A stretch of DNA of 64,000 bases from Eledone cirrhosa. Lineage: Eukaryota. How positions within the stretch are numbered: the stretch's first letter is position 1; each line of letters begins with the position of its first letter. The stretch covers positions 78,120,001-78,184,000 of the forward strand of contig OZ024747.1 of NCBI GenBank assembly GCA_964016885.1. The letters are read 5' to 3'. Position numbers and translations under genes: made by a program. Shown here one piece after another: positions 1 to 14,276 of the stretch. The notes under the pieces are model-generated. The model was not told the DNA's origin. It saw only the letters and a list, made by a program, of their open reading frames with translations, and did not search any database.

Positions 1-1217
1 CCTGTTCATACCAATGCAGTTTCAATTTGGCATGTGATATATTGAGAGAAAGGTTAAACTTTTTGATACCACCCTGCCTAAAACTACGCCTGTTTTATGA
101 TATAAGATTGTCCATTTTAAAGTGTTCATACTTTCAAATTTTCTGTAATTTCATTTAAGAAAATTTGAAGTAATGTTCCAAACATCAGCTTACTAATGAA
201 AGTTATTTTACTAAATACCTAAAAAAAATGGTTATTATTTTCAAAATTAAATGAAACACTTTCTCAATGTATTTCATTAGAAATATAGTAACAAGAGTTA
301 AAAGATAAGACAAAGAAAATATAAAATAAAGCAGCTGATTTAAAAGTTAAGGTTATTATTATTATTGGACAATGTATTGACAGTAGCTATAGATATTGTG
401 GTATTTAGTTAAGTCCCTTTTGTGGTCATCATCACCACCATGTCCACATGTATGGTGTAGGTGAATTCTCTCCAGTACAGTTTCAACATCCTGATGTTTT
501 AGCTGTCATGTCTTCTGTACAAGTCTTTCTTGGTCATTCTCTTCTGTGATTTCATTTCATTTGTAATTACTAGCACTTCTTCACCAAACAAGCATCATCC
601 ATAATGTGCATTACATACCCACACCAACATAGCTTTCTCTTCTACATGCCACATCTGATTCCTGATCTTCTTATGTCCAGTTTTTCTCTTAGCTCACCCA
701 TGTCTTCATGCACACTCACATAGATATCCAACAATACATACTTTACATATCCTCTACATCCAATGCCCTTATCTCACTTACTATGCAGCATTGCACTTTG
801 TACATTCTAAATTCAAGTCCACCAAGTTTAAGTTTGATTTTCATCCTTCTGGGTTTGATATAATAAACTATACTCACTCCTAAAATTTGTGGTTTTGTAC
901 CTAAGTTAGATAGCATTATCATTGTTATTATTAATAGAAGATTGGTGGGTAGCAAAATAGGTGGAGTGCTAGATAAAATGCCTTGAAATTTTGTGTTCAG
1001 ATTCTGTTAGTGGACTCTGCCTTTCAACTGTACCAGGCCCAGATTGATAAGTACTAATTGGGTACTGAAAAATGGTTGAATATATTGTATGTCTTGTGTA
1101 CTTGTACCAATTCAAGAAATTATTACCATTAACAGAGTAGTATCACTAAACACTGATTCTTTTTAGTTGGTGACATTTCTCGCTAAATCATGTATTAATT
1201 CCTCTTCATGGTTCCTT

Positions 1218-1475
1218 TTAACCTTTTCATTACTATATTTTTTGTGAAAGACACTGTCTATGATTTCCAAGTAATTTTGAAAATAATCAATAACTTGAAG
1301 GAATTTAGTAATACAATTAACTTTCTCATTTTAAAGCTGTGTTTTAACATAACTTAAAAGATCTTATCTAAAAACATTCCATTATAAATTTATATAACTA
1401 TAAACACTTAAAAATAAATAGATTAGTGTCATAGAATAATGGTGATTTATGGTAGTTTGATATCCAAAGGGTTAA
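1218..1475. mobile_element. Old TTAA-flanked MITE family (piggyBac-type ends), representative copy
   Basis: TTAACCTTTTCATTAC...ATCCAAAGGGTTAA. Degenerate relatives sharing the GTGTTTGGAGCATAACTTAAC core occur near 2030, 4110-4326, 4510-4850, 5600-6003, 6730-6930, 11308-11860, 16079-16292, 21480-21655 and 26115-26460. Confidence 0.65.
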
Positions 1476-2763
1476 ACTAATGTTGACAAGATGAAAAAAA
1501 TAAAAACTTCTTGTGCCAGATTATAAAGAGGTGTCAAAACAATAAAACGTTAGGGTTAACAAGTGAATGTGTTGGGATTAAGGAGGTTGAATATATTGCA
1601 GATTAGAGAGTTAAAACTATGTAAATATGATAGTAATTCTCTGTAACAGTTATTGCATAATGCTAACATAGGTAGCACAGCTAATTAAAAATAACTATAA
1701 CGTCTATGACTCATACTTAAATTATTCTGGAAACTATGGGGAGATAACTCCAGATATATTTTAGTCTTACTGGACCTCAATGAAGCAAAGGACCATATGT
1801 CTTAACGAAATAATTAATAATTTTAATAAATCCTTTAAATTTCTTCACTAATTGATTCTAATTTCATTAGAAATGTGGTCATGAAGGGGTTAAGGTACTT
1901 TCCAAAGTAGTGAAAAGTGAACTACTAAGAAAATGTTCAATATTGTACACTATCAGCCATAGTTTTAATACCCAGGACTTTCAAATAATTTTGAAAATAA
2001 TCAAAAACTTGAATCGATTAATAATATAATTAACTTGTGTTTGGAGCATAACTTAACAAAGGTTCTTGTATAAACTTATGGTGACACTAAGTGGTTTGTT
2101 ATCAATAGGGTTAAAGAATAAATTACATTCCGTTCATATGAAGAACTGTTAAGTTAATATTAACATTTAATGTCATCATCATCGTTTTTACATCCATTTT
2201 TCCATGGGTTGGATGGGTCCTCAGCATGGCATCTCTCCACTCATCGCAATCCTTTGTCATCTACTCTGTATTTAGCCTTTAAAACAATTAAAATAATCAG
2301 TGGTGAGGAAATAAGAATATTTTCTTGTAACTAAAATTATTTACATTATTCTGGTATGGGAACCAACTCCAGATATATTTTGGTCTTGTTAGATTTCTGA
2401 AACCTCTTAATATTTATATAGGTTAGTGTAGAAAGTGGTGTAAACTGATGACATTAAAATGGTTCCAAGCCCCAAAGCTCTCTTATCTAACCCCATTATT
2501 ATAGAGGTTAACTTTGCCTTTCATCCTTACGGGGTCGATAAAATAAAGTACCAGTAATACACTAGGTAATTGCTGGCCTTGTGCCAAAAGTAGAAACAAT
2601 AATTATAGTAATTCTAATGTATTAATGACAAATTTAGGATTTAGGTTTAATTATTATTTCAATGATAAGATAGTATCTGTAACATAACATAGCAAAAGGT
2701 TCTTATATCAAATTATGTTGTAAGATTGTATATCAAACACATTACAGATGCCTTCTGATGTTA

Positions 2764-2964
2764 CAAGTGTGGACTGAAAAGTTCATAGGCTGACTATGAA
2801 GGAGTGATACTAGAGCTGTGAAATCTTGCATGCATTAATTTCAACTCATGTTATTAATAACTACATTGTTTCATTCCATGGACTACTATGTTGAAAAATA
2901 AACCTCATTTGGTCATTCCATGAGAGTATCTTGGTCAGCCTATTAACTTTTTGGCTGACCCTTG
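2764..2964. mobile_element. Tc1/mariner-type MITE
   Basis: TA-flanked; imperfect ~30-bp TIRs CAAGTGTGGACTGAAAAGTTCATAGGCTGAC and GTCAGCCTATTAACTTTTTGGCTGACCCTTG. Confidence 0.75.
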
Positions 2965-3915
2965 TATATAAAATTTTTTATCTTTCCCCATTAATATTTG
3001 ACTTGATATAATTTCAACTGGACTGACTGAGTTGGTCATGTTATATTTGGAGAAAATCCATTGTAGTATAAACAATATTGTTTTGAACATCTAGTGGTAA
3101 AATTGAGAAAACATTTGTAGCAATTGTTCTAAAAACAGAAACTTCAATTTCTGCTTGAGACAGTTTAAATAATGAATCATGTCAAGTCATACTCTGAATA
3201 AATAGCCTGCTGTATATTTAGAATTATGTTAAGTTCTAAATTTATTTTAAATATGAATTTGAAGAACTTAATGTAAAGATTTATTGATATAAGCAGTTAG
3301 AGAGAGAGAGAGCATGTGATAGATAGTAAGGTAGATGATCAATGGTGAGATCTATCATTCTTTATGTCTCACCAGTAAACATGTAGCTGTTATTTACTCC
3401 CTCCAACATTATCTCTCTTCCATGCCCCCCTTTCTACACTCTGTTTCTCCCATCATACTCTTGCTCTTTTCTACCTTTACTTTCTGCCTTTAGTCTCCCT
3501 TCTATTCACTGATATATATATATGTATGTATGTGTGTGTGTGTGTGTTTAATTTATGGCAAAATGTTAACGTTTTGGTTTTTAAGTTATTTGTAAAATTA
3601 TGATATTGACCAAAATGAATATATTTGGACAATTTCAATTTAACCTGGTAGTGATTGTTATTTAGTTAAATTAAAACAAATTTGCCACACACTTCTTGAA
3701 ATTCTCTATATGTCATGAATTTCAACTTGTTTGACCAACACAAATGAAGATCCTAACTTCTAAAAGAGTTGAATTAACTTCTTGTAATTATTTACTAAAT
3801 TGTCTCGTTTTTTTTTTTTATTATTTACCTCCTACATAGAAATGAAAAATCTAAATAATATAGGTAGAATATTTTACGAAGATTTTTTGACAAACTTTCT
3901 CTTTCTATATTGTAG

Positions 3916-3983
3916 ATACCTGCAACAATTACAAGAATTCTTTTGAACCACTTTAATTGGGATAAAGAAAGATTAATGGAACG
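3916..3983 (+). CDS. ARIH1: ARIH1 exon (IPATITRILLNHFNWDKERLME-R)
   Basis: tgtag|ATACCT...GAACG|gtaatt; 68 nt; UBA-like region. Confidence 0.93.
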
Positions 3984-6900
3984 GTAATTATATATATATA
4001 TACACACACATATTTTACCATTATTTGTTGTCAAATTAACCTCTGGAACATTGGCAATAGCAAGCAGTTGTCGTTGCTTCTAAACAGTAAAAAATGCTTT
4101 GCTTTTTAACCCTTTCATTATCATAAGTCATTGCTTATAATTTTCAAATCATTTAAAAAATAATCAAAAATTTAGTAATATAATTTTCTCCTCATCAAGC
4201 TGGTGTTTGGAGTATAACTTAATCAAGGTTTTTATATAATATTATTATGAAGGAAGGCTTTTAGATAAATCTAAACAGTTTTGTATTGTAGAATCAGGGA
4301 TGATTCATAGTTTCTTATCAAAGGGTTTGATATAGTAGACTAGTAAATATTACTATTTTAAGTATAATAAATGTTATCTCACCATATTTAGAATGTATAT
4401 TTACAGTATTGTTATCTACACTATTTTTCAATCTGTTCTCCAGTTGTCATCAGGTATATTATCCCTCTCTGTGTATGGTCCCTGGCTCGATTCACTAGGC
4501 CAGTAGTTTAACCCTTTTGACATTAAACTGCCTGAAATCACTCCAGGTTTTACAATGCAATATTTTAAACACCCCTTTGATGAAAGGTTTTCCATGAGTG
4601 TTTTCAGAAGTGATATCTTGGACTATGTCCTTCCTTTCGTTTTTATATCTTTGATGCCAAACTGCTTGAAACTGCCTCTATTTCAATAACAGAACTGCTT
4701 GTTCAAATTTATCTAAACACTTTCATCATAATTCTATGGAAATAATCAAAGAGGAGGTTATATTACTAAAGCTGTTCAAATTCTTGGATACTTTTACAAG
4801 TATTTGAAAATCCTAGTGTCTTTTATTAGAAATATTGTAATGTAAGAGTTTAATATAGATGACCATTACTACATTTAGTTTAGAAATAAAGCTTCCTAGT
4901 TTGAATCTAATCTGGATGCTGTGCACATCTTGGAATAAGACATCTAATGTAGTGTATACTGGAAATATGAGCTTTACTTTTAACATCCTGTAATGATATA
5001 GCAGAAAATATCTAAAAATACGTTTGTTAATTCAAATGTTTATAGTTGTGTCTTTACTAGTAGACATATCTTTAAAATTTGCAGTAAACTTGCAATAAAT
5101 ACTTTAATTTGTGGTGTGATGCAGTTTGATAGTGCTGTTTTCTACTTTTCAAAGAATGTTTTAATAATGCGATTTCATGTGGTACAGGACATTAAGAGTT
5201 AATAGTCTGGAAAATTGTAATATTTACAAAAATAGAATCTCTAAAATAGAAAAAAATATGGAGTATTTATTGAATCCTTCATTCAATGCTCAGTTATTTT
5301 CAGTATATTTTATTCTGTCCAATTTCATACATTAAATAACAAATAATACTTAAAAGATTTTTTATTCACAATCCTTCATTAAAATTCATTGAAAACAACT
5401 TTGAAATCTATAAATAATCTCCATCATGCTGTAGACATGTTTCATTAGACATTTTATTGTTCTAAAAGTAACCAGTTCTTTTTATTTACTTTCCAGCTGT
5501 CAGTTCTCATCAAAACAGAATTTGTATCCCCCCCCCCCCCTTTTTTTTTTATTTTTATGTTCTAATTTTATAAAGAAAAAAAAAAAAGCTAGTAACTGTT
5601 AACCTTTTCATGATCCCATTTATAATGAAATATACTATTTCATTACTAAGAAAGTAACTTAATGTTAGGTTCTTATTTAAAATTATGATGGAAATTTTTA
5701 ATATTAGAACCAGAGCTGGTTTTGGCTGGGTTGGTAACGAAAGGGTTAATGTCCTGCATTAGAAAAAACCTTTTTGAAAAGTTGGGAACACTGTGGTAGC
5801 AGCACATGAACACTTTGAAAATATTCAGTAATTTAGGGGGAAGATTTAATAACTTTTACACTTTTAAACTGGTGTTTGGAACATAATTCAACAAAGGTTC
5901 TTACATAAAATTATGATGGAAGGTTTTTAACTAAATATAAACATTTTAAAAGAAACATTTTTGTACCAGAAAATCAGGGGCAGTTTAGTATCTAAAGGGT
6001 TAAGCCCATTTAGATACTTCCTGCTAAATACTTACAGGGTGTTGAGATTTTTAAAGAAATTATTCAACATTGTTTATAAGGTGAAAAGGATCCCCCCCCC
6101 CCCCCCCCCCAAAAAAAAAGGGGCAAAAAAAAAAGGAAACAAAAAAAAAAACATAAGTATAGGGCAGCATTTAAAAATTCATAGAACATTTACAAGCATT
6201 CAAACCTATATCTATCATTCTAAAAACTACCGATCAATCTTCTACTATGATTGATAATTAATCTATTTTGCTGTTCCAAATAACTAATATATTTCTTGAT
6301 ATTTTGGAAGATATGTTTGAGGTGTCATTATCATCATCATGTTCATTATCATTATTGTTTGTTTTTTCTGTACTGGCATAGGTTGGACTAAACAAAAATG
6401 AGTCACTGAAAATAAAACGTGTACCAAGCAAGTCTGATTTTGAACAATTGAACTAATACTGTTTCTGCCTGCTTTTCAGTATCTGCATAGACAGATTCAC
6501 ACAATCAGCTACCACATTACCTTATCATAGATTGTATTGCAGGCCATCAGTATGAAATCAAGGAAGTTATGTCATGTGTTTCAACTGAAAATATGACCTC
6601 TTGAGGACCTACATATTGACTATATATTTTATGTGAATTACTGGGCTGACATTTTGTATAATAGAAGTGTGCTTTCATTTCTAAGGGGGGAAATAATTTT
6701 AAAATAAGAATGTTGGTTATGATTTGTTTTATGTAAGTATTGATCAGTAAGAAAATCTCTCTCTCTCTCCTTATGTGACCCATATTACTAAAATAGTAAC
6801 ATAACCTAAGGTTCTTATATAAAATTATGTTGGAAAATTTTAATTTAACTATGAAACCCTTTAAAATGGATGGTCTTCTTTCATAGAGCCTAAGCTGGTT

Positions 6901-9423
6901 TTGGCTAGGCTGGTATAAAAAAAAAGTTAATGGTGTAAACATAGAAGTATTGACAAAGAAAAATAGGAGATATATAATAGGGAGAAGGGTGGAGTTTAAC
7001 TCTATTGTGACAAACTAGTTTCTATTTAAATTTATTATTAGGTTAGTCCAAATATAATAAGTCTTTCAGTTTGGATGATAGCAAATTAAATTAACTTGTT
7101 TAAACTTGTTAAATTCATGTGTCAATAATACAATATGCAACAGTTCTTCACAAAACAGAGCAGTCAGTGACACTCAGAAAATGAGTCTAGTTTTAAGTTA
7201 TTTTGGCTTTTACAGATCCACCCCCTCCCGAATTGCTAGTCACATTGTTTATATCCCCTATAAATAATGCAGGCAGTTTTACATCTGGATGCCAACCCCA
7301 TTTGTTAGAGGGTAGTACTAATATAGATACAAAGCTTCTTATAGAAGATATTGTGTAATGGTTCAGTGAAAATTAGCAGTATATACCATACTTTAAAGAT
7401 ATAGTATAGGTTGGTATCAAGAAAGGCATGGAAAATATGCCTAAAAAGAAGGGTGTAAAATAATATACAAGTATTGAAATGTAAGAAATCTCAACTTGAA
7501 AGAAGCGACTAGTGTCAACAAATTAAACATATTTGTGGGGTCAGCATTTGATGCATTGTTAAACAGGTTCTTTCTGGGACTGCTTGTAGTGACTTTAAGT
7601 TTAGTTTTGAAGCAACATTGTATTCATCATCATCATCTTCTTCACTATTTGAAGTCTGTTTCCTATGCTTGCATAGATTAGATGGGTTGGCACATTCTGA
7701 AGCCAGACAGGTCAGGTGACTATATCTTATTCATACATTTCAGAAGGAACCAAGTAGCTTGCAACTTCAAGGTCAGTGAAAATGGAGGGCTGTGACTTGG
7801 AGAATTGGTAGTCATTCACAGTGAATCAAATGCCTCAGTATTTGATCTGGCTTTTTCATGAAGATTTACATTACATTTCCAACAAATCATAATTTAACTC
7901 ATTTATTTTCAGTCTTATCAGATCTGCATTGTCATGAAGCATCACACACATACATGTGCTTCAGATAGCTTGTATTTTTTTGGTTTTTAGCAAACAAAAC
8001 CTTTGTTGTCAAGAGATAAGTTTCCTGAACAAACATTTTAAGTGAAATGAGCCAACTCTGTCAAATAAGAATTGAAAGTTAATAGGTTGGTATCAAAAGT
8101 AAATGGGGTTAACATAGAAGTATTGACAGAAATAGGAAATATGTAGTAAAGAGAAGGGTGGAGTTTTATTTTATTGTGACTAAATAGTTAGCTTCTTTTT
8201 TTGAGAGGGATGTGGGGGCAGTCGTCGGGCACACTTTCTAGAGGGTCCTATCAGAATCAGCCATCTCCAATTGATCTGAACCGATCTCATAGATGTTATC
8301 CAACCATCTTGATCATGGTGTGCTTCTGGGTTTCCTGCTGGTTGTATTTGCCAGTAAAATCTGTCAATTTGATACTTTCCTCAGACATTCTAACCATGTC
8401 TGTAGTACTAGGACTGTGAGTTAATGCAAAAGAATATCAGCTCTACCTGGAGTGACTCCCTGATCTACAAGCTATATATTCTATCTAGTAATGTTACTCT
8501 AGAGACCCTTTGGAGGAACTCAATTTTAACCACCACAAATGATCTTGATTAGCCCTTCCAATTACTGCCCTATCAATATCACCTCTAACATCTCAAATCT
8601 GATGGAAGCAGTGGTGAACATTTACCTTTTTGCTGTGTGGACCTTGGTTTTTAAAAATAGGTGTGCTATATCTATGTGTTGTAAAGAGGGAACTGAAAGG
8701 GTTGGCATTAAAACATTTCCTTAAAATGTCCCGTCCAACCCATGCCAGCAAGTGGACATAGAAATGATGTTGATGCTAAAACAGCAGCCGTATTCCCTAA
8801 CATATGTTAAATCCTTTAGAATCAGATATCGGGTTTTTTTTTGGAGGTGCAGGCTTCCATAATTTTCTGACAAAAATGACTCATTTTAGAGAGTATACTG
8901 GGTGCATTTTTGTGAACGACTTTACAAACTTAAAGTATATTCTATGAAGGCAGCAACACTAACAATCTATAGGGTATAGTTTTATATATACATAAATATA
9001 TTGACAGTGGTAGAAAAAGAAATCAACAAGAGAGATATATGATATTGATAATACGAAAAAATACAAACATGTTTTGGAACTTCAAATTTATTACCTGTTT
9101 TAAAAAACATAATTTCAAAATGATGAAAAAAATAAGGTAGAATACAAATATGTCATGATTTTTATACCTTCTTTATATAAAAGAAATGTGTTATATAAGA
9201 TGGTCACACCAATCATTATTATGACATCTTTATTCATTATTGTATTTTACATATTTTATTATGTTTCATGTAATTTAAAATAAACGAGCAAAGTATACAA
9301 TATTTTATGGAAATTTAAGAATTTGCTGCATTTTTTTTTTTTTTTTTTTTTTTTTTTGGTGGGTTGCAGCTGCACCCCCACCCCCAAGCAATATGCCACT
9401 GGTGTATTTATATTTATATATAG

Positions 9424-9580
9424 CAGGCTTCTGCAGTTTCCATCAACCAAATTCCATTCACAAGGCATTGGTCAACCCAATGCTATTATAGTAGAAGACA
9501 CTTGCTGAAAGTACCATGCAGCAGGAGTGAAACCAGACCAACATTGTTGTGAAGTAAACTCCTTAACCATACTACCATAT
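9424..9580 (-). mobile_element. Degraded SINE of a second family (possibly CORE-type)
   Basis: CAGTTTCCATCAACCAAATTCCATTCACAAGGCATTGG...GAAGACACTTGC recurs at 35865-35950; similar pieces at 11690-11790 and 21085-21150. Confidence 0.5.
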
Positions 9581-9648
9581 CTGTAGTTTTATAGCAGAAC
9601 AGTTATTTATTTACCATTTATAAAGTTTAACTTTATTTTATCAACCAG

Positions 9649-9727
9649 GTATTATGATGGTGATCAGGACAGCTTATTCTCCGAAGCTCATGTTATTAAT
9701 CCTCACAGAAGAGAGGTGAGGCCAAGG
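9649..9727 (+). CDS. ARIH1: ARIH1 exon (YYDGDQDSLFSEAHVINPHRREVRPR)
   Basis: accag|GTATTAT...CCAAGG|gtaag; a second in-frame donor lies after 9715. Confidence 0.9.
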
Positions 9728-10267
9728 GTAAGAAATCGGTTTTTGGTTTTTTTTCTTTCCATTTTGTAAAACCTACATGATTTTTGTCACCTTGTGACAA
9801 TTAATTTTTCTTTTTCCCTCATAGTTTTGACATGATCTTGCTGGATGGCTGGATGCCTTTCCTTATCACCAACCACTTTATAGTGTGGATTTGGTGTATT
9901 TTATTGTGCCACCACAATGTTTGTTTGGCAGGACTAAAATGTCCCCCTCAACACTGGCAATTTTTATTTGAGTTACTATTAGCTTAGATGGGTTGCCTTG
10001 GTTTCTACACAAGTATTTAGAGTTATTTTTCTCCTAGAGAATTTTTGTTATAAAGAGATTAGCATTTATTTATTGATCCCATTGCTGTAATCCAAACCTG
10101 TACAATTAATTGACCATATATAATCTCATTGTTGTAATTCAAACCAATACAACTGACCATACATCAAGTCTTTAATTATGGCCGAAGTAGTAGGGAGTTA
10201 TATTTCAGGTCCACAACAGATTTGAACAATTTAATGGAAATATCTATCAATACTTATCTAAAATGAT

Positions 10268-10736
10268 TTGGTTTTTGTTCAATTCATGTGGTACTCATTT
10301 TTCTATCTTCAACTTTCCAATTCGGTTCAGATGTTCAGAAATTGTTCTATTGCTTAGATCTAGCTCTCTTGAAAACTCTCAAACAATTGTATGAAGATTT
10401 GCCTTCACTGAAGCCTTTCAATTCATTATCTTAAGAATGAATTCACCATGCTAGAATATTTTAAAAACTAATAATGTACTGTATATTTGTTAACACTTCC
10501 TTGGCCCCCAAACTTCATTGATGTTTCTAGCTGTTTATGCTGCACTGTTGTTGAGTTTAAATTCATAGATATAAATTTGCCAAAAATCCTGATTTGATAT
10601 CTTAACTTCAAAGATGCAATTTATATTAAAAATGGATTATATAGAAAGAAAGCATAAAATAAGCATTTTTCACACCTTTAAAAAATGTTGAAACAAATAT
10701 AAACATAAATCTTGCATTAATTTCTGAATAACTTAA
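10268..10736 (-). pseudogene. Mariner transposase 5' remnant
   Basis: Minus strand reads FSRELDLSNRTISEHLNRIGKLKIEK*VPHELNKNQ, the mariner WVPHEL motif with W mutated to stop; TIR-like end near 10715-10736. Confidence 0.75.
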
Positions 10737-10939
10737 CCCTTTAGCATTTAAACTGGTTGTATCCAGCCAAAATTCTCTTAGCTCTTTCTGTTCAAACCAG
10801 ACATAAATGGTTGCTCATACTTATGTTAAGGTATTGTTCTCAAAAGAAATATCAAAATCTTGTTGATTCGATATTATGAAAGATGGTGTTTACCGTGAAA
10901 ATATAATAGTAAATATAGAGTAATGTAAATGCTAAAGGG
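10737..10939 (+). mobile_element. piggyBac-derived MITE, 203 bp
   Basis: TTAA|CCCTTTAGCATTTA...TAAATGCTAAAGGG|TTAA. Confidence 0.9.
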
Positions 10940-12432
10940 TTAATATAGTTGAGGAATAACTAGTGTTTCTGACTTTGTAAAATATGTTTCTAGTGAATTA
11001 TAGTCCTACAAAAGAGGCAATCTGGCTCGGATCTGAAACTGCCAGAAAATTGTTGGTGTACTTGTGTTGCTTATAACATTATTTGGCCTCATTTACTATT
11101 AGGATTAGTCACAATATCAATTTTAATGGTACTTTTGAAATTGGGGGAAAAGAATGTATATCTGCTTCCAACTAATTATCATCTAAGAATTATTTTCAAC
11201 CTCTTCAAGTACTCTCTAAGTAGTTCAGTATATTTAATAGACATTTACACTTTGTTTCCTAAATCTTTTCACTGCTTGTTTGATGGTAAAACTTTCCAGA
11301 CTGAACTTAACCCTTTCATGGTTACAGCATAGTTACAGCCCTTTACATTCTGAGTTAAAATCCTGTTGAGATTAGCTTTGCGTTTCGTCCTTACAGGGTC
11401 GATTAAATAAAGCACCTGTAATCGACAAATTCCTTACCTTGTGCCAAATGTAGAAACAATTATTTTCAAGCAATTTTGAAAATAAAGAATTTAGAGGGAT
11501 TTGATAAAATAATTTTTTCATTACTAGACTGGTGTTTGGAGCATAACTTAACAGAAATTTTTACATAAAATTATAGTGGAAGGTTTTTTTAAATATTCCT
11601 AATTGATCTGAATCAACAAGATCCCAGACCTCATTCGCTTACCGAGATCGGTCTTTCCATTGCTAATACTATCTACCGGTCACAACTCCTAGAAGACAGA
11701 GCAATGTGAAACAGCGTCTTGCTCAAGGATGAAACTCACAACTTCACGATTGTGAATCCAACTCTGTAACCACTAAGCCACTTGCCGTCACTAAATCTAA
11801 ACAATTTAAAATACCCAGCTTAGTGTTGTAGTAGCAGGAGTTTGGTATGACTAGGGTTAAAGCTTAAGTAACAGTGTTTGAAATTATAACAGTGTAGTGT
11901 TAGTATTGAATTAAATCTGAATTTTTATGAGAATGTAATCCGATTACCCTTTTTCTTTTTCCTTTACTTTTTTTTTTTTTTTTGCTTTTTTTTCTTCCTT
12001 CATTACTAAAAAAAATTATAGAAACTTGAAACTTAGGAATGTTAAAATTTTAACTAAAGGACGAAAATTGTGAGATTTACATTTAGTTATATATTTCAAG
12101 AACCTTTTCATATTACTTGTTTAGACATATTTTAGATTTTATTAATTTTAACTGCTTTCTATCCATTATTCATATCCATTCCAGTTTGGATATGTAGAGG
12201 ATTTGTATATTGTTGGAATATTTAGTCTTTAGAGTTAGATATTTTTTTAACCCTTTCATTACCATATTTTCAAAATAATAAAGAATTTGGAAGGGTTAGT
12301 AATGTAACTTTTTTATTATCAAGATGGTGCAGAGTGCTGGATTAGCAGAATTATTAGAGCATTGCATAAAATAACTTTGTGGTACTTGTCTTGGCTTTTT
12401 ACATTGAGTTCAAATCTCACATATTTGACCTC

Positions 12433-12747
12433 ATAAATGTTACCAGTTGTCGTGGTCAAGGTCCTAACATTTATATAACCATGTTACCAGTGGTGGTGGT
12501 CAAGGTCCCTAACATTTATATAACCATAAATGTTACCAGTGGTAGTGGCCAAGGTCCTAACATTTATATAACCATGTTACCAGTGGTAGTGGTCAAGGTC
12601 CCTAACATTTATATAACCATAAATGTTACCAGTGGTAGTGGTCAAGGTCCCTAACATTTATATAACCATGTTACCAGTTGCAGTGGTCAAGGTTCCTAAC
12701 ATATAACCATGTTACCAGTGGTAGTGGTCAGGATCCCTAACCATAAA
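12433..12747. repeat. Minisatellite, 7 units of 41-49 bp
   Basis: ATGTTACCAGTGGTAGTGGTCAAGGTCC(C)TAACATTTATATAACC; unit starts at 12437, 12481, 12530, 12574, 12623, 12668, 12709. Confidence 0.95.
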
Positions 12748-12808
12748 ACTAAACTTTTGAAATTAAAATTTCTATTTATGCTCAATATTTCTTTTTCTTC
12801 TTTTCCAG

Positions 12809-12889
12809 AAAATTCCAAGGTCAACTTCATCTCAACCACCTTCAGGTGAAACATTATGTGAAATTTGTTTGATATCCAAACCTACTCCT
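12809..12889 (+). CDS. ARIH1: ARIH1 exon (KIPRSTSSQPPSGETLCEICLISKPTP), start of RING1
   Basis: ttttccag|AAAATT...ACTCCT|gtaag; 81 nt; CxxC. Confidence 0.9.
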
Positions 12890-13371
12890 GTAAGTTTGAC
12901 ATTTCTAAATTGTATATTGACACTTTCAACTCTGACACTTAACTACTTGTTGGCTTCACTTACTACATTATCTATTGTTTTGCGGGTAGCTTTGTCTCTC
13001 TTCACAAAAATTTATTCCATGTTTTGTGAATTTCTGGCCTATCTAGGAAGACAGTAGCTCTGAATAAGTACTGACTTGCTCTATAATGACCCATCCAAGT
13101 CATGCCAGCATGGAAAAAGACACATACACTGAATCACTTACTTTTCTAGAGTACTAATGGTCACTGTTTGTATAAGTCTAAGGCTCACACTAGCCTTAAA
13201 TGTATTGTATATACATTGAATGCTTTCCAATTTAAAAAAATTTATCACAAATGATATTTTATTTATTTTCACCTTTTTACCTTGTTAATTTCTTTTTATT
13301 GAAAGATAGAAATTAAGATTATGTAATGTAAATTCCATTTGACTCATTAAAAAAACCTCCATCTTTTGCAG

Positions 13372-13520
13372 GATATGACTGGTCTTGAGTGTGGTCATCG
13401 TTTCTGTAGTCAATGTTGGATGGAATATCTAACAACAAAGGTAATGGATGAAGGTATGGGTCAGACAATCTCCTGTGCAGCTCATGGTTGTGATATTTTA
13501 GTGGATGATGCCACTGTCAT
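13372..13520 (+). CDS. ARIH1: ARIH1 exon ([49 protein letters not shown]), RING1
   Basis: ttgcag|GATATG...GTCAT|gtgagt; 149 nt. Confidence 0.96.
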
Positions 13521-14276
13521 GTGAGTATTCAGTTCTCAATATTTTTGCAACAAGAGTAGTGGATTGACAGAATTGGTAGAACATTGAATAAAATGTTATT
13601 GCGGTATTTGTTCTGGCTCTTTACATTCTAAGTCCAAATCCTGCCATAGTTAACTTTGCCTTTCATCCTTCTGGGCTTGAAAAAAATTAAGTATCAGTCA
13701 AGTGCTGGGGTTGATTAAATCAACTTTTCCATTCCCTGAAATTTGCATTCTCAAAATATTTTATCACTATGTCCTCCATCAGTCATATGAACCAACATAA
13801 ACAGACTACACCACTTCCTGCAGAGTGTCAGATCTGTCTATAACAATAGTTTAGCCATTGATCCCTTATATGTAATGATTTACTCAAAAATTTATTATTT
13901 ATGGCTGATACCAGAAAATATCATTGTATACTGTAGCTTACTTCCCAGTTTTATGTATTTAAAGAAGCATATTTTCTAGAAAATATGGAAAATAAAAGAA
14001 CTGATCATCAGATCAGACAGAAGAAATTACATTTCCATTGCTAATTATATCTTCTGGCTGCAACTCCTTATAGAAGTGCCACCACTATTCTGGTAAAAGG
14101 TGGTAGCAGTTGAACTCAGAATGGACAGTTGGATCAAATCCCCCCAAAGCATCTCATCCAACTAGTTGATGAGAGGATTTGAACTTAATGTTTATTAAAT
14201 TCTCATCAATTATACAGCCCCTTTGCAAATAACTTTTAATATGTTGTCTTCATTATCAGACCAAGTCAGTATTTAA

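Noticed and set aside
12379-12654. 91-aa repetitive ORF
   Set aside because: It is a by-product of the 93-bp minisatellite dimer inside an intron.
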